Assembly (NCBI RefSeq): GCF_963921235.1
Contig: NC_086109.1
Location: 17,486,001-17,550,000, forward strand
DNA from: Mobula hypostoma
Taxonomy: Eukaryota
DNA length: 64,000 bases
Reading direction: 5' to 3'
Positions within the stretch are counted from its first letter, which is position 1; every line of letters begins with the position of its first letter. Under the pieces are notes generated by a model. That model was not told the DNA's origin. It saw only the letters and a program-made list of their open reading frames with translations, and made no database searches. Position numbers and translations under genes: made by a program. This document shows positions 1 through 12,685 of the stretch, piece by piece.

Positions 1-74
1 GGCTCAAAGGGCTGGAAGGGCCCATTCCACACTGTATCTCAGTAAATAAATAAATAATAAGCCCTCAGATGAAT

Positions 75-530
75 AAGACCATAAGGGCAGTGTTAGGTAA
101 TTTGGCTCACTGAGTTTGCCATTCCATCGTGGTTGATTTAATTTCCCTCTCAACCCCGTTCTACTGCCTTCTAGAACCTATCAAATTCCACCGTCTCTGG
201 CAATGAATTCCAAAGGTTCACCACCCTTTGGCTAAAGAAGTTCCTCCTCATCTCTATTCTAACGGGATGTTCTTTAATTCTGAAGTTCTGTTCTCTGGTC
301 CGAGACTCCCCTACTATAGAAAATGTCCTCTCCATGTCCACCCAATCTAGGCCTTTCAATATCCGGTAGGTTTCAATGCGATTCTCCCTCAGTCTTCTAA
401 ATTGCAGTGCATATAGGCCAAGAGCACCAAACACTCCTCTTACATTAGTGCTATTATTCTCATAGCCTCCACTAGGCCCTCTGCAATGCCAACACATTCC
501 TTAGATATGGGCCCAAATCTACTTACAATA
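75..530 (-). mobile_element. CR1 LINE 3' fragment (degenerate RT C-terminus and tail)
   Basis: ORF 171..497 contains IETYRILKGLD...FFSQRVVNLWNSLP, the CR1 ORF2 C-terminal motif also seen in the cleaner copy at 47392-48324. Confidence 0.9.
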
Positions 531-892
531 AGCTAGCAGTAGGATTATGTGTTATTGATGTTACTCTCTTGTTTACGCTTGATTAAGTACCTGAATTATT
601 GCAGGTATTTATACACCAGGATATTGTCATCACTTTTATGTTACTGTTGGTTTAAAACATGGGCATTAAGAACCTGTTCTGACTTGTGAACAGGAATGTA
701 ACTTCTTTGTAAGTAGGGGACTCTCCGTACTCACACTCTTGTGCCTGAGTTTTCTCGATTATTTAATGTGGGCTTTTAATTGAGGGTCAATTAAGTGAAC
801 TATTGAGGGGTGGGTGGGGAGGGAGGTTGAGGAAGCCGTACAGGAAGAATTAATGTCATCATCAAGTCTAAAATGGGACAGGTGGTTCAATG

Positions 893-1502
893 TGTACACT
901 CAACTTCACACTCAACGTTTTAAGAATAGCTTCTTCCCCTCCACTATCAGAATAGGAACACTACCTCACACCTCCAGGTTTAGGAACAGTTACTACCCCT
1001 CAGCCATCAGGCTCTTGAACCAAAGGCAATAACTTTACTCAACTTCACTTGCCCCATTATTGAAATGTTCCCACAACCAAAAGATTCACTCTCAAGGACT
1101 CTGCATCTCATGTTCTCAATACTTATTGCTTATTTACTTACTACTATTCTTTCTTTTTTATCTTTTTGTATTTGCACAGTTTGTTGTTTTTTGCACACCG
1201 GTTGAATACCCAAGTTAGGGATGGTCTTTCATTAGTCCTGTTATTATTCTATAGATTTACTGAGTATGTCTGCGAGAAAAAGAATCTCAGGATTGTATAT
1301 GGTGACATATAAGGTATTTACTTTGATAATAAATTTACTTTCAACTACCTTTGCTCTCTTTTTGCACTACTAGCAAAATTTTTCAATATGGATTTCTTAT
1401 TGTAATTTAGAGTATATTTTATGTATTGCACTGTACTGCTGTCGCAAAACAACAAATTTCAAGACACATGTATGTCAGTGATATTAAACCTAATTCTGAT
1501 TC
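893..1502 (+). mobile_element. Two nested Rex1/Babar 3' ends (inner ~960-1342 inside outer)
   Basis: Two successive RF(K/R)NS(F/Y)(F/Y)PS..IR motifs. The inner copy ends in ttgataataaatttactt; the outer resumes and ends in aaacctaattctgattc. Confidence 0.8.
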
Positions 1503-1661
1503 GGCCTCTAGAACGTGGCAGATACAGTGTGAGGACTTTCAGCTCTCGGTAGAACTGTCAGAGAAGTTTACATCTTTTGAGGTGGAGGCTTTCCTCTTCT
1601 GCCACAACTCTTGCCGCAGTGTTGCATTACGTCTTGTGTTTGTGTAAGGAACCACAGACAA

Positions 1662-1895
1662 TGGGCAGTAGTGTAGCACTATTGCAGCACCCTTGTTCAA
1701 TTTCCACCACTGTCTGTAAGCAGTTTGTTCGTTCTTCTCTTAACTTTGTGGGTTTTCTCTGGGTGCTTCAGTTTCCTCTCACATTCCAAAAAAAGAGGTG
1801 CGAGTTGATGGGTTAATTGGTCAAATGGATGCAATTGGGCAGCACAGGCTCACTGAGCTGGAAGGGCCTGTTAGCTTGCTGTATCTCTAAATAAA
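1662..1895 (+). mobile_element. tRNA-derived SINE
   Basis: Body gtaag.agtttgt.cgttct...gggttt.ctc.gggtgct.cagtttcctc and tail ctgtatctctaaataaa are shared with copies at 1-60, 16903-17185, 32995-33305, 47053-47342 and 62200-62500. Confidence 0.8.
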
Positions 1896-2129
1896 ATCCT
1901 TAGACCTTTCCTCTAAGATCGCAAAGAATGATATCAATGTGCCTCCCTGGACACTTAGCACAGAACCTTAAGATGTGACTAGTAACTTCCTCTGAGAGAT
2001 GATGAATAGGTCACTGCATGGATTAGTTTCTTACTAGTTGCTCATGTCAGTGGTCCAAGAAAAGATATTTTATATCCAAAGTCTACCAGCCAATTTTGAT
2101 ACACAATTATAACCAACATTCCTTTAGTT

Positions 2130-2724
2130 TCTTTTTACAGTTCCATGGACCAACCATTGCTCTGAGCAGGAAATTTTTACATGGCTTGAAAACTGGGCGG
2201 TACTTTAAATTTTTTTTTGTGTAACACGCACATCAATCAAATGCAAGCTACAACTCTCAACACAAATAACCAACATCAGACAGTTACAACAACTGACAGA
2301 CACAATGGCAAAAATAAAATGCTTTGATTCGATGGCATGGGCATTCAAAGGGCTGGCAGTTTATTAACAATGAGCTACTGACTTTCATTCAGCGTTTATT
2401 GTTACAATTTGTAACAGTGTTGTAAGTTGAAATGTAACAATGTAAGTATGTTGAATCTCTACAATAGTTCAAAGTAAAGGTTGTGGTATGTTTATTATTT
2501 AGAGAATTTGTGGATTATATTCATTAACATAATTAATTACAGGGTATTTCACAATCACATTAACATAGATTTTAAAATTGTATTGGCATAATTTCAAAAT
2601 TATATTAACGTCCAAATTATATTAACATTATATAAAAGAAAATTTCAATTGCACAACAAAGGATATGTGCGCGAGAGCGTTCAATTACTGCGCGGACGTG
2701 CACCCGCGCAGCTTAGAGGGAATG
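2130..2724. mobile_element. Probable non-autonomous DNA transposon fragment (hAT-like end)
   Basis: AT-rich body ending in a CpG-rich terminus gcgcagcttagagggaa, which resembles hAT-type termini (CAGTGTTCCCTCTAAGCTG on the other strand). The other end was not found. Confidence 0.4.
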
Positions 2725-3304
2725 GTCGTTATAACCATGATCGGGTGGATAATAGGAAAGTTCTAAGACATTTGGAATGAACCAATATCTCTTGCTCAGT
2801 GATTGGCTGCTTTATGGCCTGTTATTTAAGATGCCCAGTCCAGACCCAACAAGGTGCCTGGTATCTGACTTGCACACCGGATCTCTATTAAGTATAATCC
2901 GGCCCCAGAAATCCAGATTCTTTCTTCCTCTGATCAAAGGGAGAAGGCAGTGGTAGCGCGTGTCTCAAAATGATTTTAAAAAAAGTAGCTTAGACAGTGG
3001 GCGGGACAGTGGTGAAATACCACGTCTGTTTCTGTAACAAGAAAGGATTAGATTGATCAAAGGTATTCATTCAGCTTCCATTCAAAGCCGGGTGTTCTTG
3101 TAACATGTTTGACCCTGGGAAGGTATTGGATGTTGGGCGGTGGTTGGAATGGAATGCACAGGTTTCTTCTTTCAGGACCTGGAATGAAAGGAGCTTTTTA
3201 TTTTATTAATATACACCGGTTGTGTTTAATCCAGCAATTGTCTCTCTACCCTGTAATTATCTGCTCAATTATCATCGGTTTTCTATTGCCCAGTGTGTCT
3301 CTCA

Positions 3305-3470
3305 TGGGTAGCACTCACTCCTCCGAAACTTGTGGGTCCAAACCCCAAATCCAGGTAGTTCAGGACAAAAATCCAGGCTGCCCTTCCCACATGAGTACTC
3401 AGGGAGCGCTGCACTGTCGGAGGTGTCGCTTTTCTGGTTAGGTGTCAAATATGAGGCCTCGCCTGCCTAT
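3305..3470 (+). mobile_element. Ancient Deu-domain SINE (SacSINE1-like) fragment
   Basis: agtactcagggagcgctgcactgtcggaggtg matches the DeuSINE core as recalled. More degenerate copies at ~7680-8080(-), 21510-21720(+), 37290-37395(+), 37640-37860(+) and 56600-57020(-). Confidence 0.7.
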
Positions 3471-4265
3471 CGAGCCATGCAGCATGGCAGCAGGTCCTTC
3501 TGTCTAACTCATCCACAGCGACTGTGTTGCCCAGCCTGCTAGTCACTTTTGCCCCAAAACACACTAAACCTCTCCTATCTACGTATTGAGTACAGTACTG
3601 TCCAAAACTCCTAGGCACATACCTATAGCTAGGGTGCCTAAGACTTTTGCACTGTACTGTAGATGGCTCTTAAATGTTGGTAACATGCCTGCCTCGACCA
3701 TTATTCCTGGCAGTTCATTCCAAATATGCACCAACCTTCGTGTAGAGAAGCTGTCCGTTTTAAATCTCTCTTTTGATCTTACACCTATGCCCTCTTTTTC
3801 CTGGGAAAAAGAATATTCTGTCACCCTGTCTATGTTTGCATTCTCTTTGGGTTAGTGACATCGCTTCGATAACAGGGTGACTCTGAGAGACTCCAACAAA
3901 GTACTCCAAGTGCAGCATCACCTATGTCTTATAAAACTACAATGGTCCTATAGTTGGTGCCCTTGATTGATGGAGGACGGCGTGGCAAGTGTCACCTCGC
4001 CACCCGGTCTTCCTGTCGCTTTCAGTCAATGATAAACTTGTACTCCTAGGTTCCTCTGTTCTGCAGCACTCCCCAAAGTCTTACCATTCACCGTCTAAGT
4101 CCTACCCTGGATTGATCTCCCAAAATCCAATACCTCACCTTTATCAGGATTAAAAGCCACTTGCCAATCTTCAGCCCACATACTAGCTGATCAAGGTTGC
4201 ACTGTAATTTTTAATAACCTTCTACACTGTCTGCAACACCTCCTATTTTAGTATCATCTGCATAC
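3470..4265 (-). mobile_element. Old CR1 LINE fragment
   Basis: Reverse strand reads ADDTKIGG near 4240-4262 and RLVHIWNELP in ORF 3579..3824. Confidence 0.8.
3593..3659. mobile_element. ~70-bp palindromic Tc1/mariner-type MITE
   Basis: CAGTACTGTCCAAAA...TTTTGCACTGTACTG flanked by TA on both sides; same unit at 14749-14815 and 15222-15284. Confidence 0.85.
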
Positions 4266-4309
4266 CGTGCCTGTACGTTCATATAAAAGATCCCGCAGTA
4301 CTACTTTGA

Positions 4310-4680
4310 AGAACACGCACAAAATGCTGGAGGAACTCAACAAGTCAGGCAGCATCGATGGAAGGGACTAAACAGTCAATGTTTCAGGCTGAGATCCTTC
4401 ATCAGGTCTGGAAAGGAAGGGGGCAGAAGCCAGAATAAGAAGGAGTATAAGTTGGCAGGTGACATGTGAGACCAGGTGAGGGGGAAGGAGGGTGGGTAGG
4501 GGAAGGGGATGAAGTGAGAAGCTAGGAGGTGATAGTGGAAGAGATAAAGGACTGGAAAAGAAAGAACCTGATAGGAGAGAACTCTGGACCATGGGAGAAA
4601 GGGAAGAGGGGGGCACCAGAAGGAGGTGACGGACGGGTGAGAAAAAGAGAGGGGTGAGATTTCCAGCGTCTGCAACTCTT
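4310..4680 (-). mobile_element. Penelope-like element 3' region/terminal repeat
   Basis: Same pyrimidine-rich 3' UTR and gatgctgcctgac.tg.tgagttcctccagcattttgtg terminus as the GIY-YIG-bearing copy at 23900-25204. Confidence 0.85.
4373..4410 (-). ncRNA. Minimal hammerhead ribozyme motif (PLE-borne)
   Basis: Minus strand: cagac CUGAUGA agg-aucucag-ccu GAAAC AUU gacug. Core CUGAUGA/GAAA intact; stem III decayed. Confidence 0.7.
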
Positions 4681-4704
4681 GCGTTCGCTACTTTGAAAAG
4701 CAGG

Positions 4705-5058
4705 GCTCTCGCCTCTCCAGCGTCCAGGACTTCTTCCAGGAGAGATGCCTCAAAGAGGTGGCATCCAGCATTAAGGACCCTCACCACATAGGGAGGAGGT
4801 ACAGGAGCGAGAAGATACACACTCAATGATTCAGGAACAGCTTCTTCTCTTCCGCCATCCGATTTCCGAATGTACATTGAACCCATAAACACAACCTCAC
4901 TACTTTTTTTCTCTTTCTACACTGCTTATTTAACATTTCTAATATACATGCTTACTGTAATTTACAATTTTTATTATTATGTACTGCAATGTACTACTGC
5001 CACATAGCAACACATTTCACGACATATGCCAGCGAAATTAAACCTGATCCTGATTCTG
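4705..5058 (+). mobile_element. Rex1/Babar 3' fragment
   Basis: Degenerate IKDP.H...GRRYRS...FRNSFF coding remnant plus 3' UTR ending aaacctgatcctgattctg. Confidence 0.85.
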
Positions 5059-8000
5059 AGGATTATCCGTATTGTCCATGCCAGTGTTAAACCCCTCAGT
5101 CAGCATCACTAAGATAAAACCTGAATGATCTAGACAGCATCGTATTGTTTAATTGAATATTATGCTGATGGTAAGTAGAAAGCCAAGGCAAGAAGAAAAA
5201 TAAACAGGACAAAGAGGGAAAGTGAGAGTTAGTATTAAAGGAATCCAAAAGTTTTTATAAAAGTGAGACACGAGAGACAGCATATACCGGAATCTGGAGC
5301 AGCAAATGAGCCGCTGAAGGAACTTGGTGATTTGAGACACATTTGTAGGGGAAGGAGTTGTTGATGTTTTGGGCCGAAACCCTGCATCAGGAGTTGGGTC
5401 TTACATAGGCAGGTATGCAGGGATATATTACAGGTTATAAAGATATGAAACAGAAGCTGCAGAAGGTCATTCAGTCCCTAAACCCCTGTATTAGTCATCT
5501 CAGCCTTGCGAAAAAGTGTCTGATTGTCCACTGGGTCAATGCCACTTATCTTGTACTCCACCTATCAAATCACCTCACATCCTCCTTCTCTCCAAAGGGA
5601 AATGCCCTGTCTCACTCAACTTACCCACAATTTATGCTCACTAATCCTGGTAAATCTCCTCTGCACCCTCTCTAAAGCCTTCCACATCCTTCTTATAATG
5701 AAGCGAGCGGAACTGAATGCGATAGTCCAAGTAAATTCTGTGATTCCAGGACTGTTAGGCCAGGTGAGGAGTTTGTGGATTTCTGCTTGGAGCAATGCAT
5801 TTTTGGTCTAACACAGATAAGCGAGGTGAATTCCGGGGGCTGGTCATTGTTCTCTTTCCCCCGTCCCAGAGTCGCTCGCAGATTAGGATGTTTAATGGTC
5901 TATGGGTGCAGCACCAAACTCTTTCATCTCTGTTCCCACAATTGTGTCGAAGTCGCGCTATGTGATATTAGTCAACTAAGTCATTAGTTATTCAGACGAA
6001 AGTTGAAGGAAACCATTTAACAGATTTAAGATAACCTCAGTTAAATTTTCCATTAGAAATAAAGAACATGCATTTATATGGTACTCCTACTGACCTCAAG
6101 ATGTCCCCAATGAACTTTACAAACATACAAGTATTGTCAGATTGTAGACACTGTGACAGGCACTGTAATTAATAATAACTTGTGCTTGTTACTGCTAGGT
6201 CAAAATTGGGACTGTCGAAAAGAGCTGGGCTGCACTCGTGGAAGATCAGAGTTGTTCAAGGCTGGAGTCTCATGAGGACGGATGGTGGGACACAATAGAG
6301 TCTGAGCAAGAGTATGTGGCCCAATACCCGTCAGGGTCCTTCTGAGGAGCCAGGGATGTCTGTGGGGGATGTCAGAGCTGTCAGCTCTTCTTGGCAAGTT
6401 CCTCTCCACGCAGCAGGCCCAGGAAGAAACACCTCTGCAGGAGTTCCATGAGCCACGAACCAGCCTGGATCAGGGGCTTGCCACCACAGACAAGTGTTGA
6501 CCTGGGAGCACCCACCGCGTCAGGGACTCCAAGGTTCACAGCGTCTCCGGTCCTCTCGGAGAGCAGAAGCCCAAGAGTGCCGCTTCCACCACCGGGACCC
6601 CGGTGCTCTCTGTGTAGGACCAGCCCTCAGAGCCAACACAGGTGCCCTCTCAGCAACCGGTGCCTGCACCCGAGCCGAGATGCGGAGGTTGGACTTGACA
6701 GGTGGTGTATAGTTATACTGGAACATTAAGGTGAGTCGTGGAGAAAGCCTCTCCATATTTGTAAATTTTTGTACATTTTGAGCATCAAGGGTTATGGTGA
6801 GATGGTAGGGGAGTGGCACTAAACGGGAGAATGGATCTGCTCATGATAAAATGGCAGAGCAGACTCGATGGGCCAAATGGCCGACTTCTGCTCCTTTGTC
6901 TTATGGTCTTATGTTTGTTTTCACTTGTCTCTTTGTAATAGTTTCATTTTTCTTCACAACTTTAGGGCTGAGTTTGCTTTTTTTTCACCTGGCACTAAAT
7001 AAAACCCCTTGCACTAACGTGCTGTTGCGGCTTACCATCTGCTTTTTATTCCCAACTGGTGACCCTTGTCAGGCATGCTTACCCACACCTGATAGTGAGA
7101 TGTGGCAGGTACAAAAATTCTCCAAAAAGATTTGATTTATTTCTCACTTGTACATCGAAACATACGGTGAAATGTGTCATTTTGCGTCAACAGCCAATAC
7201 TGTCCAAGGGTTGTACTGGTGCCACCTTGCTTCTGGCGGAAATATGTCATGAGGTTAAAAAAGGGGGATAAGCCATGAAATACCATAGGAACTGTGACGT
7301 TAGTACTTAAAATAACCTGAATTACTTGATAACTTCTAGTCAAGAAGAGTGGGATTCAAGATACTCCATGGGTTTTGGTCTAACTCCTATCCTTAGAAAA
7401 GGCGCAGGTTTCAGTATTAATGTATGCAGAGATGTGGGTGTTTCTCGTTGCCAGGCCAACAATGATTTGAGATGCGTTGGAGCACTCTCATTAACGCAAT
7501 GCTTCGTGGCACAGAACAATGGCGTGCATCCAAATCCTCTTCAGCTGAGTGTGCTGTGGATGGCTGAGGAAATGTAAGGTGGGCTCAGGGGACAAGGCAT
7601 CTGTTACAACATCGAGAAAATTGTCAAAATGGTGATAGTGAGAACACTGGGTTGAAAAAAAACTCGTTCGCCTTTTATAGGGCACTGTTTACATCATTCC
7701 AAAGCATTTTAAACAAATTTTTTACATTTGGTGCACAGTCACCGTGATGATGTAACAAACATTGCGGCCAATGTGCACACAGCCAGCTCCCACCATCAAC
7801 AATGCGATAATGACTAAATATGTGAACATAAGTTTCAATTTTAGTTCTGTTTTAGGGTATAAATATCAGCTAGGTCACTGGATATATTTATCCCACTGGG
7901 TTTTTCCTTGGAATTTTGTGGGTAAGCAAAAAGAGTCTCAGTTTAATGTCTTATCCAAAAATATTTCCATTGACAGAACAAAACGTACTCGATGTGTAGA

Positions 8001-8367
8001 GAAGTGTCTACCGAGTTGCTTAAGCTCTGGAGTGGGACTTGAACCCATAACCTTTAACCTCAGTGCTTCCAGCTGAGTGGAACTGAAATTTCAAATGACA
8101 TGTAACTAAAGCGAAGTTCTCTTGGTGAACTTCACTCATCACAGGTCATAAATATTAATACTTGTCCCTGGCGGGATTTCCGATTAATGTCTCATTCAAT
8201 GAATAAGGGTGAAGCTGTTTATCAGGGATCAGTAAATACATAGGATTCAATTTTTATCATTAAATATCACTTCTACTTCTCTCCTGGAAAGCAACAAAGA
8301 AATGTTTCCATCAATAGTGAGTGGAATTCACTAGTAAATAGCACCATTATACAAACCTAAAATGAAG

Positions 8368-8945
8368 CAAAGTTCAAATTTCAAAGTAAGTACAGAATAT
8401 GTCACCATATACTAGCATTTTCTTGCAGGCATTCACAAAGAAATACAATAGAATCAATGAAAAAGTACACACAAACCCAGTGCAAAAGAAGATGTTCGTT
8501 AAGTGCTGTGTCATATGACATGGGCGACCGTTTCTACAGAAGAGGTTTGTCACTGCCTTCCTCAGGGCAGTGTCTTCACAAGACGGCTGACCCCAGCCAT
8601 TACCAGTACTCTTCAGAGTTTATCCGCCTGGCGTCAGTGGTGGCATAACCAGGACCTGTGATATGCACCAGTTGTTCATACAATCACCCACCACCTGCTC
8701 CTCTGGCTTCGCGTGACCTTGATCAGGGGACTAAGCAGGTGCTACACCTTGCCCAAAGGCGACCTGTTGGTTAGCAGAGGGAGGGAGAACCTTACACCTC
8801 CTTTGATAGAGACATATCTCCATCCTGCCACCCAAAAGAAGACAAGCTGTGCAAATACAAAACAAATAATAAATAAGCCTAACCCTAAATAACACTGAGA
8901 ACATGGGTTGTACCGTCCTTGGAGGTGAGTGCATAGGCTGTAGAC
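8368..8945 (-). mobile_element. Rex1-type 3' UTR/tail, interrupted by a SINE
   Basis: Tail ttcaaagt repeats; body shared with 11105-11530 and 26930-27450. Confidence 0.7.
8493..8833 (-). mobile_element. RTE-tailed short element with TSD CAAAAGAAGA
   Basis: 10-bp TSD at 8483-8492 and 8833-8842. cagaag(t/a)ggtttg.ca.tgccttc resembles the BovB/RTE 3' end. Second copy at 28288-28645. Confidence 0.8.
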
Positions 8946-9570
8946 TGAGGAACACTTGCTTGTATTTTACAAAGTAGCTGACGAAGACCACATAGATTTA
9001 AAACCACTGAGATTTATAGTGTTGATTTACGTGTATTTATTACTTATTTTGGTAAATTCAGATGTTTAATAGTATATTGATATTGATAATTATCAGTCCA
9101 TACCCCTTATTGCAATTTCTAAAATCCAGTATGATAGTAAAAATACATATACACAAATGGCTAAAATAAGTATTTCAATTTATCTATGAAAATTATTAAC
9201 AAATAAAAGTTGAATTCTGAGGCCCATGTATAACGTTAGTAACCAGCATAAGAGTGCCTTCCTTCATCTCTTTTAACAAAGGATTTAACTGTTTTTTTCT
9301 AATACTTGTTGCCGTCACAGATGGAAGAATTTTACCCTACTCCCACCTCTAGAATTTTTGTTAGGTTTGTGTTTTTGAATTTTTAATGGGCTCATTCAGC
9401 GTCCCAGATCACGTGCTCCAAAAATCAGGGATTTCAAATTGACAAGTTAGTATGCTAGTGCGTCAACAGTCAGGAACAGACACAGGGCTGTCTGTGGACC
9501 CTGGAACTGAGCCAGAGTGAGGGGTCCATTCTGAAAAGACTGTCTGTTCTCTCCATGTACACAGCCTCGC

Positions 9571-9583
9571 CCACTAGATGGTG
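9571..9583 (+). promoter_or_regulatory. Candidate CTCF binding site
   Basis: CCACTAGATGGTG matches the CTCF core CCAC(C/T)AG(A/G)(G/T)GGC(A/G) except at one position; lies in non-repeat DNA. Confidence 0.55.
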
Positions 9584-11104
9584 TTGGCATCTGTAACTTA
9601 ACAAACTCCTACTGCCTGCCCAGACAAGCTGCTCGTCCCAGCCGCCCCTCCAATCATTTCATAACCAAGAATCAAAGTCTGAAGAAAACTTGCAATTTGA
9701 TTTTTTTAAAAAATCCTTCTGATTTTTCTCCAGTGCTACGTACTGCAGCACCCAGAAAAATCATTAAAGAAGTATTCTGGGTCTTGGGGGTTTAATTATG
9801 GGAACGTAAACTTCCTTCAGGTTTAGAAGATTAAAGGGTGATCTGACTGCTGTTTAAAATGATAGAAACTTTTGATAAGATGAACTCGTAAGGAACATTC
9901 TTTGGATAAGAGAGTCTGAAGCAAAGGGAATGTTATTTTAAGATTAGAGAAAGGTTGGGGTAATCTGGAGTTTTTAGGTGAGACTTTTTTCCCCCAAAAT
10001 CCAGATTATTCATTTGAATTTGTATATCACAGCTGCTGTAGTGGGATTTGAATTCAAATCTCTTCACTATTAGCCCAGGATACTTTAAGTCTGCCAACTT
10101 AATCACTGTCACAACCACTCACTTACTACCGAGGAGGACAAGGGCAGTAGGTATTTAGAATTAGAATTGGCTTGTGACTGTTACATGTTCTGAGGTACAG
10201 TGGAAAACTTGCTTTGCATACCGTCCACACAAATCATTTCGTTACAGCAGTGCACTGAGGTCATAGGAAGTAACACTGCAGAACAAAGTGTTACCATGTA
10301 ATTATAATGAAGAAGTAATGAGCAGCGCAGAGTCACCACTGTTGAATTCTAATCTCTTGCGACCCAAAGCTTATTTGGGAGTCAAGAATGAGGCATAAAA
10401 CTTGTTGCTTACGATTGTTTGATCAAATGTTACAAGAGCAAAGAAGGAACATCGAGAGAATGAAGAAAAAGACCAGACTAAAAAGTAGCTGTGGTCAGCT
10501 CATACCAGACTTGAGATAACCCCAAATTCCAGTGATAATAATTAAACTATAAAATAGCAAGGTTCGAGGGGCATGACACCTGCTACTTGAAACTAAGAAG
10601 CTTTAAGAAAAATACAGAAGCAACTGTACCATCATTCCTGGAAAAGTTCACTGAACAATTACGTGTGTATGGATGATTATATTAAAATGCAAGCAAATAA
10701 AGGGAAATTCAACAATAAGAAAAATAACAATTCACACCCAGATACAACACCACACTCCAGATTTCATTCTGCCTTGGAAATGGACTGCTGGTCCTTCATT
10801 GCTCCCTGGCCAACTTTCTGAACTTTTCACCCAAAATCTTTGAGGAAGCTCTCTCGCCACAAGGACTGCAGGAAGGCAGTTTGCCACCACAACCACACCA
10901 GTGGCAACCACATCCTGTTGAAGAACAAGGTGAAAGGATCTACTGTTGGCTCCAGTAAATGGACTCCCCATCTGCTGTCAGATGGGCAGATGCTGTTTGC
11001 TTTAGGAAATTGGGACTAGGGCTTGGATGGAATAAATATCAGAGTGCCAGACTCCTCACCAGGAATGTTACCTCCAACGTTGATGTGTTGAGTGATTTCT
11101 GTAC

Positions 11105-11530
11105 CTTCAAAGTCCAAAGTACATTTATTATCAAAGTATGTAAATGTCACCATATGTCACTCAGATTCATTTTCTTGCAGACATTCACAGTAGAACAAAG
11201 AAATGCAATAGAATCAATGAAATGCTACACTCAAAGACTGACAAACAACCAATGTGCAAAAGACAACCTGTACAAATGCAATAATAATAAAAAAATAAGT
11301 AAATAAATAATACTGAGAACATGAGTTGTAGAGTCTTTGACAGTGAGTCCACAGGTTGTGGAATCAGTTCAGTGTTGAGGTAAATGAAATTATTCAGGCT
11401 GGTTCAGAAGCCTGATGGCTGAAGGGTAATAGCTGTTCCTGAACTTGGTGGTGTGGGATTTATGGTTCCCGTACCTTCTTCCCGATGGCAGCAGTAGGAA
11501 GAGAGCATCACCTAGATGATGGACGTCCTT
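11105..11530 (-). mobile_element. Rex1/Babar 3' fragment
   Basis: ORF 11390..11719 ends IKDVHHLGDALFLLLPSGRRY...KFRNSYYPSAIRLLN. Confidence 0.85.
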
Positions 11531-12525
11531 GATATGTAACTCAGCAAAATCTGGAAATTTAGTGAGCTTGAGGCCGTGAATAGAAGGGGGTGTTGAGAGC
11601 GATGCAATTCCTTTTTGTTTTTTTCTCAGTCTTTTACAAGGGCCACCCAATGAGACTGCACCGCTTGTCAATAGGACCAGGGTCAGGGAGGGGAGGAGAG
11701 TCGTCACTGCTCTCCACAATGGGATTTTTCTCTGTCAGAGAGGAACAGAGCCTCACACTGAAGCACAGATTGCAGGTTAAACAATTGAACTTTGCACGAA
11801 GGGAAGTGACATCTTTGCCCTGATGACGCTCTGTGCATCAGGGGAACCAAGGGGTAGGTTGACTGAATAGAGAGTGAACACCTGCTCCTCTCCCTGTACA
11901 GTCCCTGAACTGAATTAGAATCACTCAGGCTGAAACTAGTCTGAATCCCCTGACAACATTGTGGCTGAACAGTTCTGCAGCAAAACTTGGAAGGGAACAA
12001 GATGTAGCTCAAAATGATTTTCTCCACTCTAGTTTCACAGAGTGTTCGCAGAGGCATGGCATTAAAAGACTACAAACACAAGGGATTCTACAGATGCTGA
12101 AAAATTCAGAGCAGCACACATACAATGCTGGAGGAACTCAGCAGATCAGGCAGCGTCTAGGGAGAGGAATAAAGTCAACGTTTTGAGTCGAGACCATTCA
12201 TTGGGGCTTAATCCATCATTGAATGGCTTTGCCTCCATGATGACACTGCTGACTTCAGCAACACATTGTGTTGGAAGAACTCACTTTCTAACTGCTCTCT
12301 GGGTGAAAGAGCAGCTCTCGATATAGTTGTAATTCTTAGTACTGCTGGCTTGGACATCCCACATGCCAAAGAGTACTGTCCCACTGCTGGTGAATGCCGG
12401 CAATATTCTTGACCATGTGCAGTGCAGGTTGTGGCCCTCATAACGTCTCTCCTAACTCTGTGTCAGTATTGAGTTCCATGTCCACTCTAGGACATGGCCA
12501 ACGAAGCCAGGCTGAGAACCGAGAG

Positions 12526-12685
12526 AACACACACAAAATGCTGGAGGAGCTCAGCAGATCAGGCAGCATCTATGGAAGCGAATAAACAGATGGCGTTTCG
12601 GGCCAAGACCAGACCTGCTGAGTTCCTCCAGCATTTTGTGTGTGTTGCTTTGGATTTCCAGCATCTGCAGACTTTCTTGTGTTTA
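12526..12685. mobile_element. Fold-back (inverted) Penelope terminal mini-element
   Basis: Arms 12526-12560 and 12612-12647 are reverse complements; a hammerhead fragment sits at the junction. Confidence 0.8.

Noticed and set aside
807..823. G-quadruplex motif GGGGTGGGTGGGGAGGG
   Set aside because: Real motif, but common in vertebrate DNA and without functional context here.
2141..2199. Plus-strand exon after a strong acceptor (ctttttacag)
   Set aside because: Weak donor (GTACTT), unrecognised peptide, probably inside a DNA-transposon remnant.
3593..3659. pre-miRNA hairpin
   Set aside because: Fully explained as a TA-flanked MITE; no expression evidence available.
8720..8833. HDV-like ribozyme at the 5' end of the RTE-tailed short element
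   Set aside because: P1-like and P4-like pairings exist, but L3 and J4/2 are too short to form the catalytic core.
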